Shown: one piece after another, positions 1 through 10,398 of the stretch
Layout: each line of letters begins with the position of its first letter
How positions within the stretch are numbered: the stretch's first letter is position 1
Source: an uncultured Methanomicrobiaceae archaeon
Lineage (GTDB): Archaea; Halobacteriota; Methanomicrobia; Methanomicrobiales; Methanoculleaceae
Direction: 5' to 3'
NCBI GenBank assembly: GCA_963826525.1
Contig: CAWGXH010000004.1
Location: 640,001 to 704,000, forward strand
Length of the DNA: 64,000 nt
Translations under genes and position numbers: made by a program
The notes under the pieces: generated by a model
Databases searched by the model: none
Told to the model about the DNA's origin: nothing
The model's input: only the letters and a program-made list of their open reading frames with translations

Positions 1-421
1 CGAGGATGATGACCGAGACCGCAGCCCCGAACGCACCGGCGTTCGAGATGCCGAGGGTGAAGGGCGAGCCGAGCGGGTTTCGAAGGATCGACTGCATCGC
101 GACACCGGCTACCGAGAGCCCGACACCGGCGGCGATGGCGGCGAGCGCCTGCGGGAGGCGGATGTTCCAGATGATCGCATCCCACTTGGCCGATGTAGTG
201 CCTATGTGGGGAACCCCCAGGTGAAGCGCCCAGTTGACCCAGTCGATTATACCGTTCACAATGGTGAGAAATACGTCATAGGGAGGAATACTTACCGCAC
301 CGATCGAAATGGAGAAGATGAGGAGGATGAAGAGGAAGCCGGTCCCCCCCACGATCCAGAGGTGCTTGCGCCGCACGTACCCCAGGTAATCCGTAGGGAT
401 TGCCCCGTCTGCAAAGTGCAC
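1..421 (-). CDS. FecCD/BtuC-family iron/cobalamin ABC transporter permease (5' part; runs off window)
   Basis: Manual minus-strand translation from GTG at 421 gives ...IIWNIRLPQALAAIAAGVGLSVAGVAMQSILRNPLGSPFTLGISNAGAFGA, the FecCD signature; not in the ORF track. Confidence 0.9.
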   Translation of the reverse strand, partial: MHFADGAIPTDYLGYVRRKHLWIVGGTGFLFILLIFSISIGAVSIPPYDVFLTIVNGIIDWVNWALHLGVPHIGTTSAKWDAIIWNIRLPQALAAIAAGVGLSVAGVAMQSILRNPLGSPFTLGISNAGAFGAAVSVIIL

Positions 422-470
422 GCCTCTACAGCCTCCCCTGCAGTTGTGATCTCTCAGTGTTCATGTCGAA

Positions 471-1626
471 TCACAGCGGAATCTGCGTGAATCCCAGGTT
501 CTCGTACTGAGCATTCAGGTCTGAGAAGACCGGTTCTCCGATGAAGAACGTATAGATCTCGTCTGCTTTCTGCACCGGGTCGACATCGGCAAATCGGTCG
601 GGATAGAGCGTCTTCCCGATGAAGTAGGCGTCTGCGAGCACGGTCTCGTAGTTGGTGTTGTAGAAGTTGTACGGGAGGACGCCGTAGACGTTGCCGCTCT
701 TCACCGCGGAGAGGCCCTTGAGTGACGGGTCGGTCTTCAGTTCTCCGACGGCACCTTTGTTGTCCGCCTGGATGGTGCCGGCGTCAACGAAGATGAACTC
801 GGGATCCCAGTCGACGATTGCTTCTTTCGCAACATCGGCATGTGCCGTACCCATGCCAGCGGCGACGTTCTTTGCATGCACCCAAGAAAACGGCGGATAC
901 GCTGGTTCGGTGGAGATGATGCCGTGGGCTCCGGCGGAACTCACGCCGCCGATGTAGACGGCCTTCTGTTCGGACTCGGGAATATCCCCTGTCCGGCGTT
1001 CCAGGTCGGCAATCGTCGCATCGACGTAGGCGATAACCTCTTCGGCCCGGTCCTGCTTCCCGAGAACCTGACCCATGGTACGGAGGCCGCCGTACATCTC
1101 CGCCTTCTCGGCGTCGTTCCGGAGCGAACCGTAGGGGAACGCCACAACGGCAATGCCGGTCTTATCCTGAAGTTTGTTCGCTTCTTCGGCACTCGTTCCG
1201 TATGCCGTCCCGCTCGAACCCGTCTTGAAGACGAGCTGCGGGTCGACGCCGATGATCTTCTCCGGGTCGTCCTTGCCCCGGAACTCGCCGATCAGGGGGA
1301 GATCCCTGAACTGCGACCCGTAAGCGAGAGTGTAGGGACGGCCTTCGATCGCCTGATCCTCCTTCTCGATAGAATCGACGCCGACGACGAGATCCTGCTC
1401 CTGCAGATACACGAGATAGCGCAGGCAGCCTGAACCGGAACAGACGACGCTCTCCGGGGGCGATGGTCACCGTGACCTCTCTCCCGAATCCGTCGGTGAC
1501 GGTGATCTCCGTTCCGGACGCGCTGCCGACGTCCCGCGTGGTCACAGACTCACCGGTACAGCCTGCAACGGCCACCATCCCGATGATAAGGAGCCCGATC
1601 AGAGTAACACTAAACTCATTTTTCAT
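471..1626 (-). CDS. Iron/cobalamin ABC transporter substrate-binding lipoprotein (one frameshift near 1460)
   Basis: Lipobox VAGC and TVTDGFGREVTV in ORF 1162-1626, joined to the periplasmic-binding domain in ORF 471-1412 (EAIVDWDPEFIF, LSAVKSGNVY). Confidence 0.85.
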
Positions 1627-1662
1627 GTTATTTCCTCAGGAATATTCCATTAAGGATCTGAA

Positions 1663-1690
1663 TTAGGCACACATAACTTAAAAATATTAG
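1663..1690 (-). promoter_or_regulatory. Putative TATA box and DtxR/SirR-like operator for the ABC operon
   Basis: Imperfect palindrome TTAGG-CACA-CATAA (1663-1676) next to an AT-rich minus-strand TTTTAAG, upstream of the binding-protein start. Confidence 0.35.
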
Positions 1691-2182
1691 CAATTGGTAT
1701 CGATAATACCTTGAATGATAGTCACCAGCCTTAATTTTCCACGGACAGTCTCTGCCGTGGGACACCGTACCGGTGTCCTATTTAGAGCACCCGTAAGAGG
1801 AGCACACTTCAGCTACAGTCCATAGTCTGAAGGTCGCCGGAAGAGAATGAGGCGGATCACCGTACTCCCCCGGCAAATCGGTCGGCAGCGTGACGAATGC
1901 AGCCGGGAGATCGGTATCCCGGGCTCCAGAGAGAAGAGATGCGGTCAGATGAATGAAAAGTATCCGCCCATCTAGGTCACAGACACTGTCGATGCTCCGG
2001 GAGCAGTCGGCAGGACGGAATGTAAGAATGAGACCCACCGTCTTCCAGAGGGCGGACGTATGCGTGCTCCTGAAACAGTGCACGACCCGGAGAGTAGAAA
2101 GGCGTACCTCTGCGAGGCAGCAATCACGAAATCAGATCCTCTTCACACAACGAAAACAAGTATTTCGATGAAGAGGGAAGGT

Positions 2183-2304
2183 AATAGCAGCGAATCATGC
2201 TTCCCGAGGACTCGCGTACCTCGAGTACAACATGATACGTGAGTGGGCTTCACTGCTGGGTTCGGAATGGGTCCAGGTGTTTCCCCACTGCTATGGCCGC
2301 TATT
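2183..2304 (-). rRNA. rrf: 5S ribosomal RNA (stand-alone copy)
   Basis: Reverse complement AATAGCGGCCATAGC...CCCATTCCGAACCCAGCAGTGAAG...GAGGTACGCGAGTCCTCGGGAA...GCTGCTATT; conserved CCGAAC; terminal helix; minus-strand TTATAT box ~30 nt upstream. Confidence 0.93.
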
Positions 2305-2605
2305 ACCACGCTACTATACTATTCGGCCTTCGGAGATATAAGGATAGTGCTCCTCTCCCTGTGGACGGCTCCGGGGTATGACAGAGGTGCTCCGATCGCT
2401 GCCCGGCCCCGGGCAGGGGGCACCTCGTGCGAAGAGTCTCCGAACCCCCGGGGCTACCGGGAACGGGCGATTTGGCGACTAACCGGCCGCGCATAATTTT
2501 TTAAGAGAAGAGAACGATCTCTATATGCACCGGGGTTCCTGAACACCGGGAATTACTGAGATTTCGCCGCATTTCCCCGATGCCCTATACAGCAAGAGTC
2601 ATTTT

Positions 2606-2681
2606 GGGCCCGTCAGCTTAGTCCGGTCAGAGCGCCCGGCTCATAACCGGGCGGTCGTGGGTTCGAATCCCTCCGGGCCCA
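2606..2681 (+). tRNA. tRNA with CAT anticodon, most likely tRNA-Ile2 (agmatidine-modified); elongator Met not excluded
   Basis: Acceptor stem GGGCCCG/CGGGCCC+A, anticodon arm CCCGG-CTCATAA-CCGGG, T-loop GTTCGAATC; one apparent extra C at 2614. Confidence 0.92.
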
Positions 2682-2921
2682 CTCCTAATCCTGAAAGTCC
2701 GTAGATTAGCCCCCACTTTTGGTCAGAACCTGCCCGATACCGGGAGGTGAGGCGGCAGGATCAGGGCATACTTTTCATCCGGTACCGTTATTTCACCCCG
2801 GCAGATACACCGACGAACAGATCGGGCGACCTCTCTGACTGCTTCCGCAGGAGGAGAGCAATTCCTGCCTCGCCACAGCAAACCTTACGTGCAGGGAGTG
2901 TGTAGTTCAGTGTGATCGCCA

Positions 2922-3966
2922 GTGACTACGCCAACCATCTCCCCCCCGGTCAGGCTGCTCCTCATCGGGGCGGGAATCGTCATCGTGTTCGGGGGGGTGC
3001 GGACCGCAACCCCGATCCTCGGCCCGCTGCTCCTCGCCGTCTTCCTCGCTATGGTCACCATCCCGCTGCTGCGCTGGCTCGAAAGGCGGGGGCTGCCCAC
3101 CGCTGCTGCGTTCGGAGTCCTCATCGCAGGACTGGTCGCAGCCTCTCTCGGTCTAGCGGCATTCGTCGGCGCGGCGTTCAACCGAGCTCGTCGAGACGCT
3201 GCCGGTCTATCAGGAGCAGGTGCAGATCCGGATCTCCGATCTGGAGTCGATTCTGGCGGCATCCGGGGTCAACACAGCGTCACTGCAGCTCTACGACCTG
3301 ATCGACCGGGGCGTGATCGTCAGTCAGCTGGCAGCCTTTGTGAGCAGCCTCGGCACCGCCGTATTCGACATCACTCTTATTCTGATAGGAACCGGCTTTC
3401 TACTGCTCGAGGCATCCCGGTTCTCCACCGGGATAGAACGGCGGCTCGGAGCGGACAGCCCGCTGATCGGCCGGTTCCGACAGTCCAGCCGGATTCTCAT
3501 CGACTACATCGTGGTCAGGACGAAGGTCAACCTGATCACCGGGATCGGTGTCGGGGGCTTCCTCTACGCACTTGGGGTGGACTTCGCCCTGCTATGGGGG
3601 CTTCTCACCTTCGTTCTGAGTTATATCCCCTACCTCGGCCTCGCCCTGGCAGCCCTTCCGGCTGTGATCCTGGCATGGCTGGAGCTTGGGCCCCTCGCCG
3701 TGCTGATCATCCTCGTCGGGATCACCATCATCAATTTCATCGCGGAAAATGTCTTTTTCCCACAGATAGCCAGCGAAGGGCTTGACCTCTCACCCTTCAT
3801 CGTCCTGGCATCGGTCATCTTCTGGGGATTCATCCTTGGTGCGGCAGGAGTCTTCCTCGCCGTGCCCCTGACACTCGCCGTGAAGATGCTCCTTGAGAAC
3901 TGGCAGGAAACACGCTGGCTTGCAGTGCTGATGAGCTCGAGTGACCGGCAAGACGAGCAGGCATAG
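2922..3966 (+). CDS. AI-2E family transporter (frameshift near 3184)
   Basis: ORF 2922 N-terminus plus ORF 3220-3966 with YIVVRTKVNL, LSYIPYLG and LDLSPFIVLASVIFWG motifs. Confidence 0.85.
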
Positions 3967-4059
3967 AACGTACATGTTGTACCGGACTGGGCATCCCCAC
4001 GTTCCCCCACCAGCAGCACGCCATAAGACTTTTCTCTCCTTCGCCCAGAGGGGAGGGGC

Positions 4060-4434
4060 ATGTTTGAGCGGATGGGCGGAAGTTCGGGCAGGAACATCGG
4101 GTTTCGAATAAGTGGAATGCTCACCGGAGAGGAGGCGAAGGCGATCCTCGTCCCGGAACTGCACCGAGCTATCGAAGCGTACAGCTACGTTCACCTGCTG
4201 CTGCACCTCGACGGGTTCAAGGGGATGACATCCGGAGCGATAATTGAGGAACTGAAGAACTCCCCCGAAATACAGCAGATCAAGCGCATAGCCATCGTCG
4301 GCGACCCGGGTGCAGGGGAGCTGGCGGCGGTGCAGCTCTTCGGGGCATTCCTCCTCCCCACCGGTACCAGAATCCAGCACTTCCGGAGCGACGCAATCCA
4401 GCAGGCATGGGACTGGCTATACGAAGAGGAGTAG
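4060..4434 (+). CDS. SpoIIAA-like (STAS/SEC14) domain protein
   Basis: IGFRISGMLT...IKRIAIVGD...AWDWL pattern; GGAGGGG RBS. Confidence 0.8.
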   Translation: MFERMGGSSGRNIGFRISGMLTGEEAKAILVPELHRAIEAYSYVHLLLHLDGFKGMTSGAIIEELKNSPEIQQIKRIAIVGDPGAGELAAVQLFGAFLLPTGTRIQHFRSDAIQQAWDWLYEEE

Positions 4435-4540
4435 TGCCCGAACGTAAGAGAAGCGGGCAACAGAAGGCCGGAGGGGATCTTCCACAACAGATATCTGCTG
4501 TGAAACAGTATCCACGAGCCATCGGAGCGGGAGGGAAGCC

Positions 4541-4981
4541 ATGCAACCAGCGGGCGAAAGAGGGGCGGATCAGCGGGGAGGGATCGTAGCGGCGATACTC
4601 ATCGTCATCGCCCTTCTTTTTGCTCTTGCCGGCACTGCTGCGGCTCTGGCCGCAATTTCGCCCGGGAACTCTGGAGACGACCGATACGGCGAGGCGCTCC
4701 GTGAACTCGACCAGACACTCATCGAACTCGAGCACCTTGACGAGCGCACCTCAGAGACAGCAGTCCGGGACGCACGGGAGAAGGCCTCTGTCGCCGCCCG
4801 GGCGGTACACGAAGCGGCAGGTGCGGATACCCACGGCCTCGCCGAGGCTTTTGAGGCTCTGGACAGGGCTTTCGCAGCGCTCCCGGAGGATGCTTCAGGG
4901 CCTGAGGCAGCCGGCGCGATCCGTGAGGAGGTGATCGCGCTCAGAGCAGCATGGCACCAGTGCTTCACTCGCCGGGGTTGA
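4541..4981 (+). CDS. Hypothetical membrane-anchored helical protein
   Basis: N-terminal hydrophobic segment, then an amphipathic helical region; RBS GGAGGG. Confidence 0.6.
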   Translation: MQPAGERGADQRGGIVAAILIVIALLFALAGTAAALAAISPGNSGDDRYGEALRELDQTLIELEHLDERTSETAVRDAREKASVAARAVHEAAGADTHGLAEAFEALDRAFAALPEDASGPEAAGAIREEVIALRAAWHQCFTRRG

Positions 4982-5080
4982 GCAGGGATCTTCTTCCCAG
5001 GTAGGTTTTTCATACTTCACCGGGTCTGCATGGATTCTGGTACCCATACTATTATGAACTCCCGGCAGGAGTTTGGATAC

Positions 5081-5491
5081 ATGATCGAACTGCTGCACGC
5101 GAGCGTGGGAAACATCATCGGGTATCGGATCAGCGGAATCCTCACCGGGCATGATCTAACCGGGATCCTCATCCCGGATCTTGAGCGGGTGTTCATCGAG
5201 TACGGATCGATCCGGCTGCTCCTCGAGATCAGGGGCTTTCAGGGCGAAGACCCGGACGCAGCCCTGCAGAAGGCGATTCCAGGTGACCTGCCCGGGTCTA
5301 TTGAACGTCTGGCCGTCATCGTCCCGGAAGAGGAGCGTGACGCCTGGACGGGGACGGGGCTGCAGTCCGTCCTCGCATCGGCCGGTGCCGTTGCCCGGTT
5401 CTTCCCGCCCGGACGGCAGGAAGAGGCGTTGGACTGGGTAGCGGCGGGCGGAAAGCATACGACAGAGCTGACATCGACGTTCGGGCGCTGA
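5081..5491 (+). CDS. SpoIIAA-like (STAS/SEC14) domain protein
   Basis: IIGYRISGILT...IERLAVI...EALDWV; paralog of 4060-4434. Confidence 0.8.
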   Translation: MIELLHASVGNIIGYRISGILTGHDLTGILIPDLERVFIEYGSIRLLLEIRGFQGEDPDAALQKAIPGDLPGSIERLAVIVPEEERDAWTGTGLQSVLASAGAVARFFPPGRQEEALDWVAAGGKHTTELTSTFGR

Positions 5492-5542
5492 TCCACCCGG
5501 GAAAGGAGAACGCTTATCTGTTTTGACTGCGAAAGGGCAACC

Positions 5543-5959
5543 ATGCTTGACCGGATGAAAGAGAGTTCAGGATGCGTGGTCGGGTTTCGGTTCGACGGGA
5601 AACTGAGCGAGAGCGATTACCAGGCAACGCTCCTCCCAGAGCTCGAAAAGGTTCTTGAAACGTGCGATAACGCCAGGATTCTCCTGAAGATCGAGAGGTT
5701 CCACAGCTGGATGCCGGGGGGCTACTGGGAGGAACTGAAGACCTGGCCGGGGATCGCCTCCGTCGACCGGATCGCCATCGTCGGCGGAGAGCAGTGGCGA
5801 GAGTGGATGACTCACCTCCCGGGACTCTTCGTCGGTTTCACCGATATCGACGTTCGGTACTTCCGGGAGAGCCGCCAGGTGGATGCATGGGGCTGGCTCG
5901 GAAGGGACGAGCCTCAGACCGCCCCCCGCGAGACGATGCCGATGCAGGGACGCGGATAA
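5543..5959 (+). CDS. SpoIIAA-like (STAS/SEC14) domain protein
   Basis: VVGFRFDGKLSESDY...VDRIAIVG...VRYF...AWGWL. Confidence 0.85.
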   Translation: MLDRMKESSGCVVGFRFDGKLSESDYQATLLPELEKVLETCDNARILLKIERFHSWMPGGYWEELKTWPGIASVDRIAIVGGEQWREWMTHLPGLFVGFTDIDVRYFRESRQVDAWGWLGRDEPQTAPRETMPMQGRG

Positions 5960-6022
5960 TCCGGCGAGACGGGGGGCGGGAGAACCTTTTTTACCCCGGC
6001 AGGTGCACATCTCTGCAATCCG

Positions 6023-6911
6023 ATGAACTACCGAGCCGATGACGGCGGGTGGATCCGCTTCTCCCGTCCCGAACCGGGGGAGCTCCGCCGTCAGGGCCTG
6101 CTGCCCGTGGATATGCACGTCCACACAAACCATTCGGACTCGCCGACGAGGGTGAGGGATGCCCTCAAACTCGCCGCCCGACAGGGGATCGGGCTCTCCA
6201 TCACCGACCACAACCGGATAAGCGGTGTCCTCGAAGCCCTGCGGCTGGATACCGGCGTTCCGGTCGTCCCCGGGATCGAGGTCAGTGCGGACGACGGGCC
6301 GCATATCCTCCTCTATTTTTCCTCATACGGAGACCTTCGGGAGTTCTATGCCCGGCACATCGAGAGAAATACACGGTCGGCCCCGTATATCGGGATACGG
6401 CTGACTACGGAGGAGATCCTCGACGCCCGGGAGGGCTACCCATGCGTCGTTGCAGAGGCGCACCCGTGCGGATACGTCTTCCTGAACCGGGGGATAGAAC
6501 GGGGTATCAACGGGGAGTGCATCGGCGAAGATCTCTTCTCCCGCCTCGACGCCCTCGAGGTGATCTGCGGCGGGATGGCACGGGCGCATAACCGGAGAGC
6601 GGCGGAGGCTCGCCAATAAACACCAGCTTGGGCGAACAGGAGGAACCGACGGGCACCTCCTGTACGAACTCGGCGGGGTCGTCACCTGCCCCTACGCCGA
6701 GACAACGGAAGAACTCCTGGAGGCTGTCCTCCGACGGGAGACGATCATAATCGGCCAGGAGAAGACGATATTCGGCAAGGCGGTGATGGGGACGGCAGTC
6801 CTGCCACACCACCTCCCGTATACGGTGCCGATCCTCCGGAGCCGGTGGGAGCAGAACCTACCCCGCATCGAGAGGTTCGTGCAGTCCCGGCGTACCAGAA
6901 AAAAAGGATAG
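6023..6911 (+). CDS. PHP-family metal-dependent phosphoesterase (frameshift near 6607)
   Basis: DMHVHTNHSD, ITDHN, GIEVS and AHP motifs; the shifted frame continues GGTDGH to TAG at 6909-6911. Confidence 0.85.
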
Positions 6912-7088
6912 TCGTTGGGGATCGAACTCTGCCGGCGTCCACTCCCGGGCAGATGGTCGACAGGCTCATACCGCTCCCGTTCCCTGAACTGCTCCGGAAT
7001 GCGGGTACGGTACCGGCGTTGTTTCTGCTCGCCATCACGGGAAGTGAAAGATATTCGAACGGAATGCAGCGTAAGCCCGGGTATCCCC

Positions 7089-8519
7089 TCACCCGAGCGG
7101 GGAGAAGAGTCGGGAGATCGATTCCTTGATCCGGATCCGGGTCGGCCGCTCTGCATAGCGGTCCGGCGTTACCTCGGTGCAGACGGCGAGATCCTCGGTA
7201 AATCGCCGCTTCATCTCGATCCCGACGGCTGAGTCGTAGAAGAAGGCGTTCGCCTCGAAGTTCAGCCGGAAACTGCGGACGTCCCAGTTCGCACTGCCCA
7301 CCGACCCCGCTCTGCCGTCGACCACGATGGTCTTTGCATGGATGAAGCCGTTGTCGTAGGTGTAAACCCGAACTCCCGCATCGAGCAGGTCGGCGGCGAA
7401 GGAGAGGGACGCCCAGTAGACGAAAGGGTGGTCGGGCTTGCAGGGGATCATCAGCCGGACATCGACGCCGGAGAGCGCTGCGAGTCGCAGGGCGTCAGAG
7501 ATGCTCTCGTCGGGGATGAAGTAGGGCGTCTGGACGTAGCAGGACTCCCGGGCGGAGTTGATCAACTTGATGTAGCCCTCTTTGATGGGGTTCCAGCGGG
7601 TGTCAGGGCCCCCGGAGACGATCTGGACCGGGGTGGTGCCGGGCTCTTTAACCTCAGGGAAGTACTGTCCGGTCGCCTCCATCGACTCGTCTGTTGCGAA
7701 ATGCCAGTCCAGGAAAAACCGGAGTTGCAGCAGGCTCACGGCCTGTCCGGTGATCATCACCGCGGTATCCCGCCAGTAACCCATCGGTCCCTTGCCCAGG
7801 TACTCGTCCCCGATGTTGAACCCGCCGATAAAGCCGACAGCGCCGTCGATGACGACTATCTTTCGGTGGTTCCGGTAGTTGAGGCGGTAGATCGAGGGGA
7901 AGAAGACACCGATCTTCCCGCCGGCGTCGGTCAGTTCACGGAAGGCCTCCTTCGACCCCCCGCCGGCCCGGGTTCCCAGGGCATCGAAGAGCAGTCGGAC
8001 CTCGAGACCCTCCCTGGCTTTTCCAGCGAGCGCGTGGACGACTTCCCGCCCGAGCTCGTCGTTGTTCACGATGAAGTATTCGAGATGGATATGGTGGCGG
8101 GCGTTCCCGATCGCTGCAAAAAGTGCATCGAACTTCTCTTTTCCATCGGTATAGAGATCGATGCGATTATTCTCGGTCAGAAACGCCCGGTTGTTCTGGA
8201 GCAGGGCAAAGATGATATCGCGATAGGGTTCCGCATCGGGATTCGAGAACCGGTGTGTCCGGTCGGCCAGATCCAGGTGCTGCTCTTCGAAGATCGCCCT
8301 GAGAATCCGATCGTCCTTCTCCTTGATGGCGAACATCTTCTGCCGCGTGTAGTTCTGTCCGAAGAGCAGGTAGAGCACAAAGCCGATAGGGGGAAGGAAG
8401 AAGAGAACCATCAACCATGCCAGCGCCGCCGTGGGATTTTTCCGCTCGAAGAAGACGACAACAATGGCAAAGAGGATATTGACGAGGACGATGATGCTGA
8501 AGATGAGCGACCAATCCAT
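7089..8519 (-). CDS. cls: Cardiolipin synthase (PLD family, ClsA-type with N-terminal TMs)
   Basis: Two HKD motifs (NHRKIVVID, HAKTIVVD), GSANWDVRSFRLNFE, two N-terminal TM helices. Confidence 0.92.
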   Translation of the reverse strand: MDWSLIFSIIVLVNILFAIVVVFFERKNPTAALAWLMVLFFLPPIGFVLYLLFGQNYTRQKMFAIKEKDDRILRAIFEEQHLDLADRTHRFSNPDAEPYRDIIFALLQNNRAFLTENNRIDLYTDGKEKFDALFAAIGNARHHIHLEYFIVNNDELGREVVHALAGKAREGLEVRLLFDALGTRAGGGSKEAFRELTDAGGKIGVFFPSIYRLNYRNHRKIVVIDGAVGFIGGFNIGDEYLGKGPMGYWRDTAVMITGQAVSLLQLRFFLDWHFATDESMEATGQYFPEVKEPGTTPVQIVSGGPDTRWNPIKEGYIKLINSARESCYVQTPYFIPDESISDALRLAALSGVDVRLMIPCKPDHPFVYWASLSFAADLLDAGVRVYTYDNGFIHAKTIVVDGRAGSVGSANWDVRSFRLNFEANAFFYDSAVGIEMKRRFTEDLAVCTEVTPDRYAERPTRIRIKESISRLFSPLG

Positions 8520-8774
8520 ATCGGGAACCTCTCTGCCGTGCCATCTTTTTCCGACACGCGAAAGGGGCATCCTCCGAGCGCCGAACTGCAAATAAAACCT
8601 CTTGTCCTGGTGGTATATAAAATAGGTGTCTCCGGCAGGGGCGGCTCTCCGGGGGCAAGTGAAGAGGGGAATTTATATATCTCAGTGTATGGATTGTGCC
8701 GGTATACTTGCGCATATCTGCCGTGCGTCGACCGGGGGGATGAACCGGTCACGCGGAGGAGCGCAGGAGGTATT

Positions 8775-9296
8775 ATGAGCGATCTTGTTGTCATAGCGTA
8801 TGGTGATGAATCCACGGCCTATACGGTTCGTGATAAACTGGCTGACCTTACCAAGGAGCACGTGATCGAGCTTGAGGACCTGGTCGTTGTCGTCCACCAT
8901 AAGGACGGAAAGACCGAGATAAAACAGAGCACCGACCTGGTCGGCCTCGGGGCGCTCTCCGGCGCTTTCTGGGGCCTGTTGATCGGACTTATCTTCTTCG
9001 TGCCGATCTTCGGTCTGGCGATAGGTGCGATTGCAGGCGCCCTCGGCGGGCGTTTCTCCGACTACGGCATCGATGACAAATTCATCAAGGAAGTGGCCGA
9101 GAATGTCCAGCCCGGGAATTCTGCCGTCTTTCTGCTGATCAAGAAGATGACGCCGGACAAGGTTGTCGACGCCATCAAGGGGTACCACGGCACCGTAATC
9201 CAGACGTCGCTCTCGAGCGAGGAGGAGGAACGTCTCCGCGACGCATTCAGCACCGGGACACCGGCAAAAGCCGAAGTGCCGCCACCCTCTCCGTAG
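8775..9296 (+). CDS. DUF1269-family membrane protein
   Basis: MSDLVVIAY...GALSGAFWGLLIG...DYGIDDKFIKEV...PGNSAVFLL; GGAGGT RBS. Confidence 0.85.
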   Translation: MSDLVVIAYGDESTAYTVRDKLADLTKEHVIELEDLVVVVHHKDGKTEIKQSTDLVGLGALSGAFWGLLIGLIFFVPIFGLAIGAIAGALGGRFSDYGIDDKFIKEVAENVQPGNSAVFLLIKKMTPDKVVDAIKGYHGTVIQTSLSSEEEERLRDAFSTGTPAKAEVPPPSP

Positions 9297-9451
9297 TCAT
9301 TTTTTAGAGCGGCGGAACAGAGCAACGATTCGGGAACACCGGGGCGACCCGTCCCCCGGCGTATAACCGATATCAGCGGGCGAGCCCGGTCCGTCCGCAC
9401 CAATGGGCGGCGGCGGCACTCACCCCGTACCGGCAACCACACCAGTAGGAA

Positions 9452-10078
9452 GTGATGGAGAGTATGCGTGATGTCAGAGTAGCCAGTTTTGAACGCGACG
9501 ATGCGGTGCATGTTGAATTCCGGTTTAAGGCGCTCGATCAACTTCTCGATTCGACAGATCCGTCTCCCCTGCCGGAGCGGGAGCTCACGGAGTTCGCCGA
9601 GGGGTATATCTCCGGGTATCTCAGAGAGTGCAGGCTGCAGAATCTCGCAGGGCTCGTCATCAGCCTCCCACAGAACCAGGTCTCCCCGGAGATGCTGATG
9701 CTCCTCCCCGACACCATCCGCCGGCAGTTCAGGTTTCGGTTAAGCGACCTCGACCACGAGACACGGCTTTCGCTGCGTGAAGGGAAGATAAGCCTAGCGA
9801 TTGCAGTCTTTAATGCCGCCATCGCAGTCCTGTTCGTCAGTGTCTTTGCGAGCTATCTCGAGTCGCTCGTTGTCATCCTCCTGGGCGGCCTGGTCACCAT
9901 CTTAAACTGGGTGACCATCTGGGACACCTACGAGTATTTCGTGTATGACTACCGGCACCTGGTGCACAGACGCAGGATCTATCGGAAGATTCCGACTCTG
10001 GAGATCCGGGTTCTGGGTTGGCCATCCGCCGATAACCCGGAGGAAACAGTTTCTATCGCCGACCGACAGACCGGGTGA
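9452..10078 (+). CDS. Conserved hypothetical membrane protein
   Basis: DPSPLPERELT motif plus two C-terminal TM helices. Confidence 0.7.
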   Translation: MMESMRDVRVASFERDDAVHVEFRFKALDQLLDSTDPSPLPERELTEFAEGYISGYLRECRLQNLAGLVISLPQNQVSPEMLMLLPDTIRRQFRFRLSDLDHETRLSLREGKISLAIAVFNAAIAVLFVSVFASYLESLVVILLGGLVTILNWVTIWDTYEYFVYDYRHLVHRRRIYRKIPTLEIRVLGWPSADNPEETVSIADRQTG

Positions 10079-10398
10079 AGCCCCGGCGACGACTCCGGCA
10101 CCCCTAAGAGTGCCGTGCTCAACCGGCCTGCCGCAACACGCTGCCGCCTGACCTATGCGTATATATGCGGGTGCCGAATCCCGCCCGGGGTATGGGTATG
10201 GGTATGCACATGCGGGCTCTCCCGGCCTCAAAGAGGCAACGAGACTGCCCCGCCGGACAGCAATCGGAGCTCGAACGCAGGATGGCGGTGCAGGGATACC
10301 GGCTGAAGCCCGCAATCTGCGGGATCTCTCTCGTGGAATTCGGGAACCACTACTGTTCTACGGTCATGCCGTGACGGAGAACCGGCGAACCGGAGCCC

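Noticed and set aside
1780-2180. Possible cobalamin riboswitch or ncRNA upstream of the ABC operon
   Set aside because: No B12-box or convincing extended structure, and the operon's likely promoter lies downstream of it
2239-2496. Small ORFs around 2060-2496
   Set aside because: They overlap the 5S rRNA gene and its promoter
7089-8519. Bacterial-type cardiolipin synthase in an archaeon as a novelty
   Set aside because: Already characterised in Methanomicrobiales (Methanospirillum), so not new in itself
7338-8774. 652-aa plus-strand ORF
   Set aside because: Antisense shadow of cls in GC-rich DNA; only the last 173 aa (DUF1269) are real
10188-10206. GGGTAT x3 microrepeat
   Set aside because: Too short and without supporting context
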